Counted from the stretch's first letter, positions 16,987 through 25,786 are shown. The stretch is DNA of 32,000 bases from Synechococcus sp. A15-28 (GCF_014280175.1 NZ_CP047931.1:510001-542000); one strand, 5' to 3'. The notes: generated from the letters alone by a model not told the origin. Translations and numbers: made by a program.

Positions 16987-18093
16987 GTGATCCAGGAAAG
17001 GAGTTGTCATGGTGGGTTGAGAGCCGATTCGCTGCAGCTCGTGCCCGTTGTGCCGCATCGCCTTCGTTGGTGGATCGCCCTCGTTGCTGCAGCGTTCGCT
17101 TTGACGCTGGCTCTGGGGTTGCAACGGCCATCGGTGCAGCCGCCGATGGCAGCACCTTCGGAGGCTTCCGAAGAGATTGATTGGGGCGCACCGAATGCAC
17201 AGCCATCCCTTGCTGAGGAGCAGCTGCTGCAGGTGGGGGCCTACATCACCAACATCAGCGAGATCGACCTGAGGGAAGACCAGTTCTCCATCGAACTGTT
17301 GCTCTGGACCCTCTGGCATGGGGATCCGGATCAGAACCCCAGTGATCAGTTGCGCGTCCTCAACGGCATCTACAACGGTGATATCCAGCGCTTCGAGCGG
17401 ATCCGCCGGGATCAGGCGGAGGCTCACAGCTGGAGCTTGTACAAGGTGCGTTCACCCGTGGTGAAGCGCTGGCGCCTGCAGCGCTATCCCTTCGACGACC
17501 AGCTCCTGCACGTTCAGATCGGTCTTGATGACCCCTTGCAGCCGGTGAACCTGGATGTGGTGCCGCAGGCCCCCTGCAGCGTGACCCCTAGCCTGTTGCT
17601 GCCGGGCTGGACCCTGAAGGACCCAAGCGGTTACGCCTCCAGCATCAGCCTGATGAATGATCTGGGCCGTCCTGTCTCCGATGGCATTGCGGTGCGCCGA
17701 CAACCCACCGTTTCGTTTGATCTGCCGATCCAAAGGCGCAGCTTGCTGTTCGTTGCCCCTGATTTCCTGGGTTACCTGCTGGCGGTCGGACTCTGTTGCA
17801 TGAGTCTGCTGATCACTCGCAGTCGGGACGATCTGATCCTTGCGGCGGTGGTGTCCGCCGGTGGCAACTATGTGTTCATTGCCGGCAATCTCCCTGTGAC
17901 GGCCATGACCGGTTTCATTGGCAATCTGCAACTGATCATTTTCCTGGGCATTCTTTATGTCGTTGCTGCAGACGAACTGATCGACAATCAGCTCAGTCTG
18001 ATCAATACACGGTTTGCTGAGGGGCTGCGGGTGCTGCTTCTGCCCAGTTACGTGGCGATGACGTTGCTGGGAATCTGGTGGATCATTCCATGA
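16987..18093 (+). CDS. Prokaryotic pentameric ligand-gated ion channel (pLGIC / Cys-loop receptor superfamily) homologue
   Basis: The extracellular domain begins VGAYITNISEIDLREDQFSIELLLWTLWHGD. The Cys-loop-equivalent motif is WRLQRYPFDDQLLHVQI (RYPFDDQ at 17482..17502; compare RYPFDSQTLH in GLIC as I recall it), followed by PGWTL. Four TM helices follow, including an M2-M3 junction ...FIAGNLPVT..., with a very short M3-M4 loop. The signal-anchor-like N-terminus is RLRWWIALVAAAFALTLALG. Start uncertain: GTG 16987, or TTG 17017 downstream of AAGGAG at 16998..17003. Confidence 0.85.
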   Translation: MIQERSCHGGLRADSLQLVPVVPHRLRWWIALVAAAFALTLALGLQRPSVQPPMAAPSEASEEIDWGAPNAQPSLAEEQLLQVGAYITNISEIDLREDQFSIELLLWTLWHGDPDQNPSDQLRVLNGIYNGDIQRFERIRRDQAEAHSWSLYKVRSPVVKRWRLQRYPFDDQLLHVQIGLDDPLQPVNLDVVPQAPCSVTPSLLLPGWTLKDPSGYASSISLMNDLGRPVSDGIAVRRQPTVSFDLPIQRRSLLFVAPDFLGYLLAVGLCCMSLLITRSRDDLILAAVVSAGGNYVFIAGNLPVTAMTGFIGNLQLIIFLGILYVVAADELIDNQLSLINTRFAEGLRVLLLPSYVAMTLLGIWWIIP

Positions 18094-19190
18094 CCAAACA
18101 TTCAGCGCGTCACCCCTCCGGCTACTGGACGTTGTTGACGTCCGGGCTCACCGTTGTGATCGCTCTGGTCGGCGCCTTGTTGATTCAGCCGCGTTTGAGT
18201 GAACGTCGGCTCGATATTGACGATCAATACATCCTCACCGCCACTGAAGTGCGGTCTCTTCCCGCGGGTACCCTCGCGGTGGTGCTGGATCGTTCCCCTG
18301 GCGAAGACCACAACGATTTCAAGTACCGCCTGCTGGAGCTGGTGCTCAAGCGCAGCGGTCGTCCCTTCGTCCTTGGACTCAGTGAAGTGGACGTCTCGCA
18401 AGATGAAGCCATTGCTGCTTTGGAACAAGGATTCGTCTTTGATTCGGCGGGCCTGCGAACCTTCACGCGCTTAGGCCGCAATCCCTTTGCCCTGAGCGTC
18501 GGTATCTATGGCGCTGGCGTGGATCTGAACCGGCGTCTGCGGGCCGTGCCCATTCCCGTCACTGGTGGCATCCTCGGACTCCGCAGCGGTTGGACCCATC
18601 GGAGTCAGATCAAGCGGCTGGCCACGATCCGCAACAAGCAGGACCTCCGCGACATCGTTCTGCTCCAAGGGGTGGGCTGGAGTGATGTGAACATCTTTGA
18701 TTCGGCGGGCCTGCGAACGTTCACTGCCCGATCGGAGAACCTATTTCGCCTGGTGGATCACCAACGGGTGCAGTTGTTCCCCAGAGGCATTGCGGAGTTG
18801 GAGCGGGAGGAACAGTTGATGGCGTCGTTTACATCCGGCACCACCCTGGATCCGAATCTGCTGCTGGCCTATCCCTACGCAGGGTTCTTTTACGTCAGTC
18901 CTGACAATCATGCACTGGCGTATGCGATTCAAAGGGGGTTTCAACGGGCGATCGCGGATGGGTCCTATCAGCAGTTGGTGGAAGAGCTGATCTTCACCCC
19001 ATGGTTGCGCCGCACGCTGTTGCTCAAGGATCGCCATGTGATTGTGTTACCCAATTCAGAGGCGGCGGATGTCCTGGAGGAGGTGGACAGCCGACATTGG
19101 ATTGTGCCCTGGCATGAACTGCTGAAAGGAGACATCCAAACCGGAAAACAGTTGTGTGCCGAGCCAAAGTTGAAGGCTCTCTGCTTTTGA
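18090..19190 (+). CDS. Membrane-anchored periplasmic solute-binding-like protein (family-3 SBP-like)
   Basis: ATG 18090 overlaps the pLGIC TGA (ATGA, 18090..18093). N-terminal TM anchor YWTLLTSGLTVVIALVGALLI. The body resembles uncharacterised family-3 SBP domains (...VPIPVTGGILGLR..., ...LFRLVDHQRVQLFPRGIAELEREE..., ...LLAYPYAGFFYVSP...). No adjacent ABC permease or ATPase. Confidence 0.7.
   Translation: MTKHSARHPSGYWTLLTSGLTVVIALVGALLIQPRLSERRLDIDDQYILTATEVRSLPAGTLAVVLDRSPGEDHNDFKYRLLELVLKRSGRPFVLGLSEVDVSQDEAIAALEQGFVFDSAGLRTFTRLGRNPFALSVGIYGAGVDLNRRLRAVPIPVTGGILGLRSGWTHRSQIKRLATIRNKQDLRDIVLLQGVGWSDVNIFDSAGLRTFTARSENLFRLVDHQRVQLFPRGIAELEREEQLMASFTSGTTLDPNLLLAYPYAGFFYVSPDNHALAYAIQRGFQRAIADGSYQQLVEELIFTPWLRRTLLLKDRHVIVLPNSEAADVLEEVDSRHWIVPWHELLKGDIQTGKQLCAEPKLKALCF
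18436..18466 (+). repeat. Copy 1 of a 31-nt intragenic direct repeat (encodes FDSAGLRTFT)
   Basis: TCTTTGATTCGGCGGGCCTGCGAAC-C-TTCAC. It is identical to copy 2 except for one synonymous position. Confidence 0.9.
18694..18724 (+). repeat. Copy 2 of the 31-nt intragenic direct repeat
   Basis: TCTTTGATTCGGCGGGCCTGCGAAC-G-TTCAC, located 258 nt (86 codons, in frame) downstream of copy 1. Confidence 0.9.
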
Positions 19191-19323
19191 TCCTTCCTGC
19201 AGCTGATGGGTAAAGGAATCAAGTTAAGGCGGCTGATTGCGGGCGAATATAGAAACCGTTTTTCCTGGAAATGACTCTGAGGTCGAACGAATTCAGGGCT
19301 GATTGATGCCCTGGATACTTAAA

Positions 19324-19396
19324 AGCCGATGACCTGACTTGAACAGGCGACCCACGCTTTACGAAAGCGTTGCTCTACCGGCTGAGCTACATCGGC
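19324..19396 (-). tRNA. tRNA-Thr(CGU): tRNA-Thr (anticodon CGU)
   Basis: The reverse complement GCCGATGTAGCTCAGCCGGTAGAGCAACGCTTTCGTAAAGCGTGGGTCGCCTGTTCAAGTCAGGTCATCGGCT folds as a cloverleaf. Acceptor GCCGATG/CATCGGC, D arm GCTC/GAGC, anticodon stem ACGCT/AGCGT with loop TTCGTAA, T arm GCCTG/CAGGT. Confidence 0.9.
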
Positions 19397-19415
19397 GGCA
19401 AATTCAATTTAACAT

Positions 19416-19727
19416 TTGAGACTGTGCCTGGCCTCCGTTTTGGACGACAACTCAACCTCAGGGAAAGGACTGGACCCGGCATTGAGGGAACGTCTGATCC
19501 GTGAGTCACGCACTCCCTGGCGGGAGCTCCGGCGTTTGCTCTGGTTCGCTTTGTTCGCCTCCGCTGGTCTTGGGCTCTTCACCATGCTCTTCCGTGCTTC
19601 TGCCGGCGACAGCGTCGACATCTCCGATTTCGGGATCCAGGGGGGTGCTCTCGTCCTCTTCGCCAGCCTCCTCTGGTTCGACCGCAACCGCAGTGTCGAT
19701 GTCGATCAGGATGGAGTCGACGGCTGA
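19416..19727 (+). CDS. Small two-TM membrane protein (DUF3493-like)
   Basis: ...LDPALRERLIRESRTPWRELRRLLWFALFASAGLGLFTMLF...GIQGGALVLFASLLWF matches my recollection of the DUF3493 layout. The 19416 start is TTG; the TTG at 19440 is equally plausible. Confidence 0.6.
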   Translation: MRLCLASVLDDNSTSGKGLDPALRERLIRESRTPWRELRRLLWFALFASAGLGLFTMLFRASAGDSVDISDFGIQGGALVLFASLLWFDRNRSVDVDQDGVDG

Positions 19728-20471
19728 GTCAGCTTCAACGATCTCTTCAGTGCTGGGTTCCGGTTCCGTTGAAGGTTCCGGAGTTGGTGATGGGGTGGGT
19801 TCCGGTTCCTGGATTGGTTCGGGTGTTGGTTCCGGTTCCGGGGTGGTTTCTGGAGTTGGTGAAGGGGTTGGTGCCGGAGGGTCAGGCCAGGTCAGGGCAT
19901 TCAACTGAAGGATCTGCAGCCCCAAGCTGGTGCGCTCCTGCTGCAATTGTTCAACGCTCCACGGCTCCGTGTCTGCGTTGGTTCCAGGTCCCCCCACCAG
20001 CAACAGCAGAGCCTGCACCAGTTGCTGGATTTGCCAGATCAGCAACGCCATCAGTGGCGCCGTTAACAGCAAAGTCACCAGTCGCGAGCTGTCCTGGAGG
20101 GGCGAAAATTCGTGGATCAGTCCCGCTGACGCATCCAGCCACCACAGCAGCGGCAACAACAGCGCTGCACCACCCACCAAGGCTGAGCGGCTCCCCCACT
20201 TGCCCTCTGAGGCGCTGAGCCTGAGCTGATCATTGCTGCGGGACCCCACAGGGCGACGGATCAGCAGCAGTGATCCCCAGTCGGCAGGTCGTTTCCAAAG
20301 CGCAACAGCCGGAGCCACAACGCCGACTCCCCAGATCAACAGGCGCTCAACGATCGGCACTGGGCCCGGATCCGCCCCTGCCAGGAGGAGGCGGATCAGC
20401 AGCAGTTCCAGGGGAATCACGCCGATGGCCAGGCATTGAAGCCAAAGCAGGGGTTCGCGACGGGACTGCAC
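19506..20471 (-). CDS. Membrane protein with Pro/Thr/Glu-rich low-complexity C-terminal tail
   Basis: GTG start 14 nt downstream of the infB stop. Four or five predicted TM helices in the first ~160 aa, then PDPPAPTPSPTPETTPEPEPTPEPIQEPEPTPSPTPEPSTEPEPS and an acidic tail. The last 73 codons are antisense to the DUF3493-like gene. Confidence 0.6.
   Translation of the reverse strand: MQSRREPLLWLQCLAIGVIPLELLLIRLLLAGADPGPVPIVERLLIWGVGVVAPAVALWKRPADWGSLLLIRRPVGSRSNDQLRLSASEGKWGSRSALVGGAALLLPLLWWLDASAGLIHEFSPLQDSSRLVTLLLTAPLMALLIWQIQQLVQALLLLVGGPGTNADTEPWSVEQLQQERTSLGLQILQLNALTWPDPPAPTPSPTPETTPEPEPTPEPIQEPEPTPSPTPEPSTEPEPSTEEIVEADSAVDSILIDIDTAVAVEPEEAGEEDESTPLDPEIGDVDAVAGRSTEEHGEEPKTSGGEQSEPEQTPELPPGSA
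19752..19886. repeat. Degenerate short tandem repeats (GGTTCCGGTTCC-like) encoding the PT/EP-rich linker
   Basis: Visible on the plus strand as repeated ggttccgg / ggtgttgg units. This corresponds to aa ~196-240 of the minus-strand protein. Confidence 0.7.
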
Positions 20472-20485
20472 GGCGGAACGGAGCC

Positions 20486-23400
20486 TCAGGTGGTGAGTTT
20501 GCGGCGTTGGGTGACCATCTTGAATGCTTCAATCCGGTCGCCGTCTTCCCAGTTCGCGAAGCGATCGGTGCCGACACCACATTCGAAGCCGGTGGCCACT
20601 TCCTTGACGTCGTCCTTGTTGCGACGCAGGGAGTCGAGGTCGCCACTGAACACCACCTGCTTGCCGCGGTGGACCCGCACCTTGCAGTTGCGGTGCAGTT
20701 TGCCGGTGGTGACGTAACAGCCGGCCACAGCGCTCTTGCCGATGGTGAACACGGCCCGCACTTCGGCTTCGCCGAGCGGCTCCTCCACCAATTCCGGCTC
20801 CAGCAGACCTTCCATCGCCAGCTGAATGTCCTCCAGCAGCTTGTAGATCACGTCGTAGTCGCGCACATCGACGCCGGTGGCGTCCGCTGCCTTCTTGGCA
20901 CCGGAGGCCATCGAGGTGTTGAAGCCCACGATGACGGCGCCGGAGGCTGCGGCCAGATCCACGTCCGTTTCGGTGATCTCACCCGGTGCCGAGAGCAGCA
21001 CCCGCACTTGGACCTCGTCCTTGGGCAATTGCTCCAGGGAGCCGAGAATCGCTTCAACGGAACCCTGCACATCGGCCTTGAGGATGAGGTTGAGCTCCTT
21101 GAGCTCGCCTTCATTGGCCTGACCGGACATCGCCGTGAGCGACACCCGGCGCGAGGCCATCTGCTGTGCCAGGCGGGTCGCCCTGGCGTCAGAGGCACGA
21201 TCGCCCACCACGGCCCTGGCGGACTTCTCATCCGGGTAAACCTCGAACTCATCACCGGCGGTGGGAACCTCGCTGAAGCCCAGGGCTTCAACGGCATAGG
21301 AAGGGCCTGCTTCCTTGAGGCGTTGGCGGTTGTCATCTACCATGGCGCGCACCTTGCCCAGCACGGGGCCGGCAGCGACAACGTCGCCGGTCTTAAGGGT
21401 GCCGTTCTGCACCAGCAGCGTGGCCACAGGACCCTTGGCCTTGTCCAGGTGCGCTTCGATCACGGTTCCGCGGGCCATGCGATCGGGGTTGGCCTGAAGG
21501 TCTTCCACCTCGGTCACGAGCAGCAGCATCTCCAGCAGCTTGTCGATGTTCTCTCCTTTGATGGCGCTCACAGGCACCATCACCACCTCACCGCCCCAGT
21601 CTTCGGCCAGAAGGTTCTGTTCGGACAGCTCCTGCTTCACCCGGTCGGGTGAAGCTCCTTCCTTATCGATCTTGTTGATCGCCACCACAATCGGCACTTC
21701 AGCGGCACGGGCGTGGCTGATCGCCTCGAGGGTCTGGGGACGCACGCCGTCATCGGCGGCGACCACCAGTACGGCCACGTCGGTCACCTTCGTGCCGCGG
21801 GCCCGCATGGCGGTGAACGCTTCGTGGCCAGGGGTGTCGAGGAAGGTGAGCTTTCGGGCTTCGTTGTTGTGGTCGATCTCGACCTGGTAAGCACCGATGT
21901 GCTGGGTGATGCCCCCGGCTTCGCCGGCGGCCACCCGCGCCTTGCGGATGGCGTCGAGAAGGCTGGTCTTGCCATGGTCGACGTGACCCATGACGGTGAC
22001 CACGGGCGGACGACGGATCAGGTGTTCCTTGTCTGTCTCCTCGATCATCTCGACGGTCTTCTTGGCCGCCTCCTCCACGTCGTCCTGAAGCACAGGGACG
22101 CCGAACTCCTCCGCCACCGTCTCGATGGTGGGCATGTCCAGGGTCTGGGTGACCGTGGCGATGATCCCCTTGAAGAACAGTGATTTGATGATCTCGGAGC
22201 TCTCGACGCTGAGCATGTCGGCCAGCTCCTGCACCGTGAGGTTGTCCTCCGGAACGACGATCATTTCTGGCCGCACCTGCTTGGCCTCGCGTGCGGCCCG
22301 CAGTTCCATCGCCCGGCGCCGTTGGCGCTGACGGGTGGTTTCCTTCTTGCGCTTGCGCATGGCGGCAACTGGCTTGGGTGCCTTGCGCTGCTGCGACTTC
22401 GGTTTGGCCGGTCGAGCCAGGCTCGCCGACAGCACCATGTTCTCCTGTTCGCCGGCGAAACCACCGGTCTGAGCGGCCAGGGAATCGTCGTTTTCCCCGA
22501 TGATGTGCACCTTTTGGCGCTGCTTCTGGGGGGAACGCCGCCGCAGGGCTTCCAGCTTGGCGCTGTCGTCCCAGTCGGGACGTCCAGGGCGGCGTTGGCC
22601 GCCAGGCGCACCTGGACGGAACCCAGGCCGACGTGGTGCCGTTGGAGCCGCAGGCCGTGCCACCGGAGGTGTGGCTGTCCCGGCACCTTCGCCCGGCTTG
22701 GTCGGGGCATCGGGCCGGCGTGGGGCAGGAGCCGTGGGGCGTCCCACAGGCTTCTGCAGTTGCATCAACTCGCCCGGTGCCACCGGTTTGCGCATGCCGC
22801 TGGGCATGCCGGGGCGTTGCGGGCCGCCTGCACCGGGTCGTGTCGGTGGAGCGGGACGACCGCCGCCTCCCGCGGAACTGCCGTCCCTGCGGATGGGCTT
22901 GCCCACCAGTTCCAGCGTGTTTCCGCCGCTGCGGGCGGGGGCCCCGGGACGTGTCGGCCGGCCGGGACTGCCGGGACGCTGAGGGACGCCGGTCCCGGGG
23001 CGTTGAGGTGACCCAGCACCACCACGGGAGGGCGCCCCCGGGGCTGGACGGCGTGGAACCGGCTTGCCCACCAGTTCAGGGCGGGGTGTCGGCCGCGTTG
23101 GCGCCCCAGCTTTGGCTGGAGCCCCAGGGCGTGCGGGAGCGGCGGGGCGGGAGGGCGCACCCGGACGGGGTGGTGATCCCGGTCGGGAGACGATCTGCGG
23201 CTTCTGCCCAGCACCTGACGTTGGGCGGCTCGGAGCTGCTGCAGGCCGCGGTGTGGGCTTGTCGGCTGTGGGGCGAGCAGGGGCCGGACGGGCCGGAGCC
23301 GGTTTGGCTGCGGCCGGTTTGGCTGCGGCTGGTTTGGCGGGTGCGGGTTTGGAGACCGTGGGACGCGCCGGTGGTGCCGATGGTTTTGACGGAGCCGCTG

Positions 23401-23962
23401 CTGCTGGTGTCGCCGGCTTGGGCTTGCTGACGACCTCCGGCTTGGCGGGCTGCGGACGCGGTGCTGGAGCGGCAGCGGGTCTTGGAACTGGTTTGGCAGG
23501 GGCTGATGGAGCTGCCGGTTTGCCAGCCGCTGGTTTGGCCGGTGTCGGTTTGGCCGGTGCAGCAGGGGCAGAGGCCTTGACGGGTGTGGGTCGGGCCGGT
23601 GCCGCCACCACCTGGGGTTTGGCCACAGGCTTCACTGGAGTTGCTGGCTTGGCTGCGGCTGCAGGCTTGGCCGGTGCTGCGGGTTTTGCCTGGGGCGGTG
23701 CCGGTTTGGCGGGCGCCGCCTTTTTCACCGACAGGATCGCCTTTCCAGGTGCCGGTTTGGCAGGTGCGGGGGCAGACGCCTTGCTGCCGTTGCCGTTGGA
23801 CTTCAGCAGGCTGCGGATCTGTCCGGCCTCGGCGTCACTGATCGAGCTGCTGTGGCTTTTGGCTGCGATCGACAGCTTCTCGGCCGCATCCAGCACGTCT
23901 TTGTTCTCGAGGCCCAGGTCCTTGGACAGCTCGTAAATTCTGACTTTGCCGCTGCTGGTCAT
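20486..23962 (-). CDS. infB: Translation initiation factor IF-2
   Basis: G domain [24 protein letters not shown] and NKIDK, with a conserved C-terminal half. An N-terminal ~400-aa Pro/Ala-rich linker brings the protein to 1158 aa. Confidence 0.97.
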   Translation of the reverse strand: MTSSGKVRIYELSKDLGLENKDVLDAAEKLSIAAKSHSSSISDAEAGQIRSLLKSNGNGSKASAPAPAKPAPGKAILSVKKAAPAKPAPPQAKPAAPAKPAAAAKPATPVKPVAKPQVVAAPARPTPVKASAPAAPAKPTPAKPAAGKPAAPSAPAKPVPRPAAAPAPRPQPAKPEVVSKPKPATPAAAAPSKPSAPPARPTVSKPAPAKPAAAKPAAAKPAPARPAPARPTADKPTPRPAAAPSRPTSGAGQKPQIVSRPGSPPRPGAPSRPAAPARPGAPAKAGAPTRPTPRPELVGKPVPRRPAPGAPSRGGAGSPQRPGTGVPQRPGSPGRPTRPGAPARSGGNTLELVGKPIRRDGSSAGGGGRPAPPTRPGAGGPQRPGMPSGMRKPVAPGELMQLQKPVGRPTAPAPRRPDAPTKPGEGAGTATPPVARPAAPTAPRRPGFRPGAPGGQRRPGRPDWDDSAKLEALRRRSPQKQRQKVHIIGENDDSLAAQTGGFAGEQENMVLSASLARPAKPKSQQRKAPKPVAAMRKRKKETTRQRQRRRAMELRAAREAKQVRPEMIVVPEDNLTVQELADMLSVESSEIIKSLFFKGIIATVTQTLDMPTIETVAEEFGVPVLQDDVEEAAKKTVEMIEETDKEHLIRRPPVVTVMGHVDHGKTSLLDAIRKARVAAGEAGGITQHIGAYQVEIDHNNEARKLTFLDTPGHEAFTAMRARGTKVTDVAVLVVAADDGVRPQTLEAISHARAAEVPIVVAINKIDKEGASPDRVKQELSEQNLLAEDWGGEVVMVPVSAIKGENIDKLLEMLLLVTEVEDLQANPDRMARGTVIEAHLDKAKGPVATLLVQNGTLKTGDVVAAGPVLGKVRAMVDDNRQRLKEAGPSYAVEALGFSEVPTAGDEFEVYPDEKSARAVVGDRASDARATRLAQQMASRRVSLTAMSGQANEGELKELNLILKADVQGSVEAILGSLEQLPKDEVQVRVLLSAPGEITETDVDLAAASGAVIVGFNTSMASGAKKAADATGVDVRDYDVIYKLLEDIQLAMEGLLEPELVEEPLGEAEVRAVFTIGKSAVAGCYVTTGKLHRNCKVRVHRGKQVVFSGDLDSLRRNKDDVKEVATGFECGVGTDRFANWEDGDRIEAFKMVTQRRKLTT

Positions 23963-24031
23963 TCAGGTCGGATCTCCGGTCGGGCCGGGCACGGTGTGCC
24001 GCGGTGGCCACACGCAATGTGGAGCCAATGT

Positions 24032-24310
24032 TCAGTTTGCCTCAGCGGTCACATCCGTGCTGTCACGGAGCCGCTGTTCCAACGCAGCGAGGATGTCGTC
24101 GGGCACCTGACAGCGCAGGGCTTTCTGAAGTCGTTTGCGGCGCCGGGCCTCCTCGAGGCATGCCTCGCGTCGACAGAGATAGGCCGATCGGCCCATGCCC
24201 CCATCAACGCGGACCCCATCCTGATGGTCTCGGATCACCCTCCAGAGGGAGCTGCGATCCAGAAGCTGGCGGCAGGCCACACAGCGACGCAGGATGGGGC
24301 GTTGATTCAC
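24032..24310 (-). CDS. ylxR: YlxR/RnpM family (DUF448) RNA-binding protein
   Basis: RRCVACRQLLDRSSLWRV...GRSAYLC is the DUF448 pattern, in the canonical position between nusA and infB. GTG start overlaps the nusA stop (GTGA, 24307..24310). Confidence 0.85.
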   Translation of the reverse strand: MNQRPILRRCVACRQLLDRSSLWRVIRDHQDGVRVDGGMGRSAYLCRREACLEEARRRKRLQKALRCQVPDDILAALEQRLRDSTDVTAEAN

Positions 24311-25743
24311 CGGGCAACCTCGCTCTCGTCCTCAGGCGCGGTGGTCTCTGACGGCTCGCCTTCGACCATCTCGCTGCTGGCTTCGTCGCCCTCGACGTAA
24401 TCCTCCTGCCCCTCGACATAGTCCTCCTGCCCCTCGAAATAGTCCTCCTCGTCCTCAGGTAGGGGGTAGAGCTCCCGCAGGCGGGCATCTTCCTCAGCCC
24501 GAGCCGCCTGTTCCGCGGCCAGCCGTTCTTCGGCTTCCATCTGCAGGGCCTCTTCCTCCTCCCGTTGGGAGATCAGTTCCGCGACCACAGCGTCTTCCGC
24601 CGTCTGGTCGTACTCCATTGAATTTTTGATGTCGATCTTCCAGCCGGTCAACCGGGCCGCCAGTCGCACGTTCTGGCCCTCGCGGCCGATGGCCAGGCTG
24701 AGTTGGTCGGGGGGAACCAGCACATGGGCATGCTGACCGACCGGGTCCACCAGCCGGACCATCTCCACCCGGGCTGGGCTGAGGGAGTTGGCGATGTACT
24801 GGCCGGGATCCTGGGACCAGCGGATCACATCGATTTTTTCCCCGCGCAGTTCATTCACCACCTGCTGAATGCGGGAGCCGCGGGCACCGATGCAGGCGCC
24901 TACGGGATCCACTTCCCGCTCGATGCTGTCCACCGCCACCTTGGTGCGGGGGCCAACGGAGCGCGAGGGTGGGTTCGCTTCCCGGGCCACCGCCACGATC
25001 CGGACGGATCCTTCCTGGATTTCAGGGACCTCGTTCTCGAAGAGGTAAACCACCAATCCGGCATTGGAGCGGCTGACGAACAGTTGCGGGCCGCGGCGTG
25101 GAACCTCGCTCACCTCTTTGAGGAACACCTTGAAGGTGGCGTTGGCGCGGTAGTTGTCGTTGGGAAGCTGGTCTCGACGGGGCAGTTCGGCCTCCACTTC
25201 AGGCCGCCCCAGGCCTGAACTCACGGCCATGATCACGGACTGGCGCTCGAAGCGGATCACCCGAGCGGTCAGCACCGGGTCCTCCAGATCGGCGAACTCC
25301 TCCTGGATCATGCGGCGCTGTTGATCCCGAAGCTTCTGAGCCAGAACCTGTTTTGTGGTGGCAGCTGCCATGCGGCCGAAGTCCTCCTTCTCCGGCGTCA
25401 CGTCAAGCACCACCGTGTCGCCTGCCTGGGCGTCGTCCGCCACCTGCATCACCTCCGCCAGGGCGATCTGGTGGTCTTCGCTCTCCACCTCCTCCACGAT
25501 GATCTTGCTGGCCAGAACCCGGTAGCCCTCTTCCTCCAGGTCCAGACCGACATCAAAATTGCTGAAATATTCCTCGTCGAAGGGGTCTTCACTGATCCCC
25601 AGATACATGGTGCGTCGGTAGCGCTCGTAGCCCTTCAGCAGGGCTTCCCGCAGGGCCGCTTCCACCACCTGCGGAGGCAACTTCTTCTCTTCGCTGATGT
25701 CATCGATGAGGTCGCTGAGGCCTGGAAGCAGAACGAGAGCCAT
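24307..25743 (-). CDS. nusA: Transcription termination/antitermination factor NusA
   Basis: NusA N-terminal, S1 and two KH domains (GACIGARGSRIQ, AIGREGQNVRLA). An acidic repetitive C-terminal tail is present. Confidence 0.96.
   Translation of the reverse strand: MALVLLPGLSDLIDDISEEKKLPPQVVEAALREALLKGYERYRRTMYLGISEDPFDEEYFSNFDVGLDLEEEGYRVLASKIIVEEVESEDHQIALAEVMQVADDAQAGDTVVLDVTPEKEDFGRMAAATTKQVLAQKLRDQQRRMIQEEFADLEDPVLTARVIRFERQSVIMAVSSGLGRPEVEAELPRRDQLPNDNYRANATFKVFLKEVSEVPRRGPQLFVSRSNAGLVVYLFENEVPEIQEGSVRIVAVAREANPPSRSVGPRTKVAVDSIEREVDPVGACIGARGSRIQQVVNELRGEKIDVIRWSQDPGQYIANSLSPARVEMVRLVDPVGQHAHVLVPPDQLSLAIGREGQNVRLAARLTGWKIDIKNSMEYDQTAEDAVVAELISQREEEEALQMEAEERLAAEQAARAEEDARLRELYPLPEDEEDYFEGQEDYVEGQEDYVEGDEASSEMVEGEPSETTAPEDESEVAR
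24390..24452. repeat. 3 x 21-nt tandem repeat inside the nusA 3' end
   Basis: cctcgacgtaatcctcctgcc / cctcgacatagtcctcctgcc / cctcgaaatagtcctcctcgt. On the minus strand these encode DYFEGQE-DYVEGQE-DYVEGDE. Confidence 0.85.
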
Positions 25744-25786
25744 GGAGTCGCAGTGTCAGGGGGTGTTGAGAGAGCTGTTCAGTTGG

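Noticed and set aside
19191-19323. Relatively A+T-rich 133-nt intergenic region with a small hairpin (CAGGGC-N8-GCCCTG) and a 9-nt direct repeat GGCTGATTG. Considered as a small RNA gene.
   Set aside because: I recognise no known cyanobacterial sRNA motif. The hairpin lacks a U tract, and the elements are short enough to arise by chance. It more likely holds the 3' trailer or processing region of tRNA-Thr and the terminator region of the SBP-like gene.
8680-19396. Possible genomic island delimited by tRNA-Gly and tRNA-Thr.
   Set aside because: No integrase, transposase or phage genes are present. The interval is mostly core metabolism (glgX, hup, gluQ, sdhCAB). Near the far end of the pLGIC gene I found only a 7-nt AGCCGAT match (17022..17028) to the tRNA-Thr 3' end, which is too short to call an att repeat. 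Only the pLGIC/SBP pair itself retains a weak acquisition signal, noted in the findings.
22580-23791. Highly repetitive DNA, considered as a possible CRISPR or other interspersed repeat array.
   Set aside because: The repeats are short, degenerate and in frame within infB (Pro/Ala-rich linker). There is no repeat-spacer periodicity and no cas genes.
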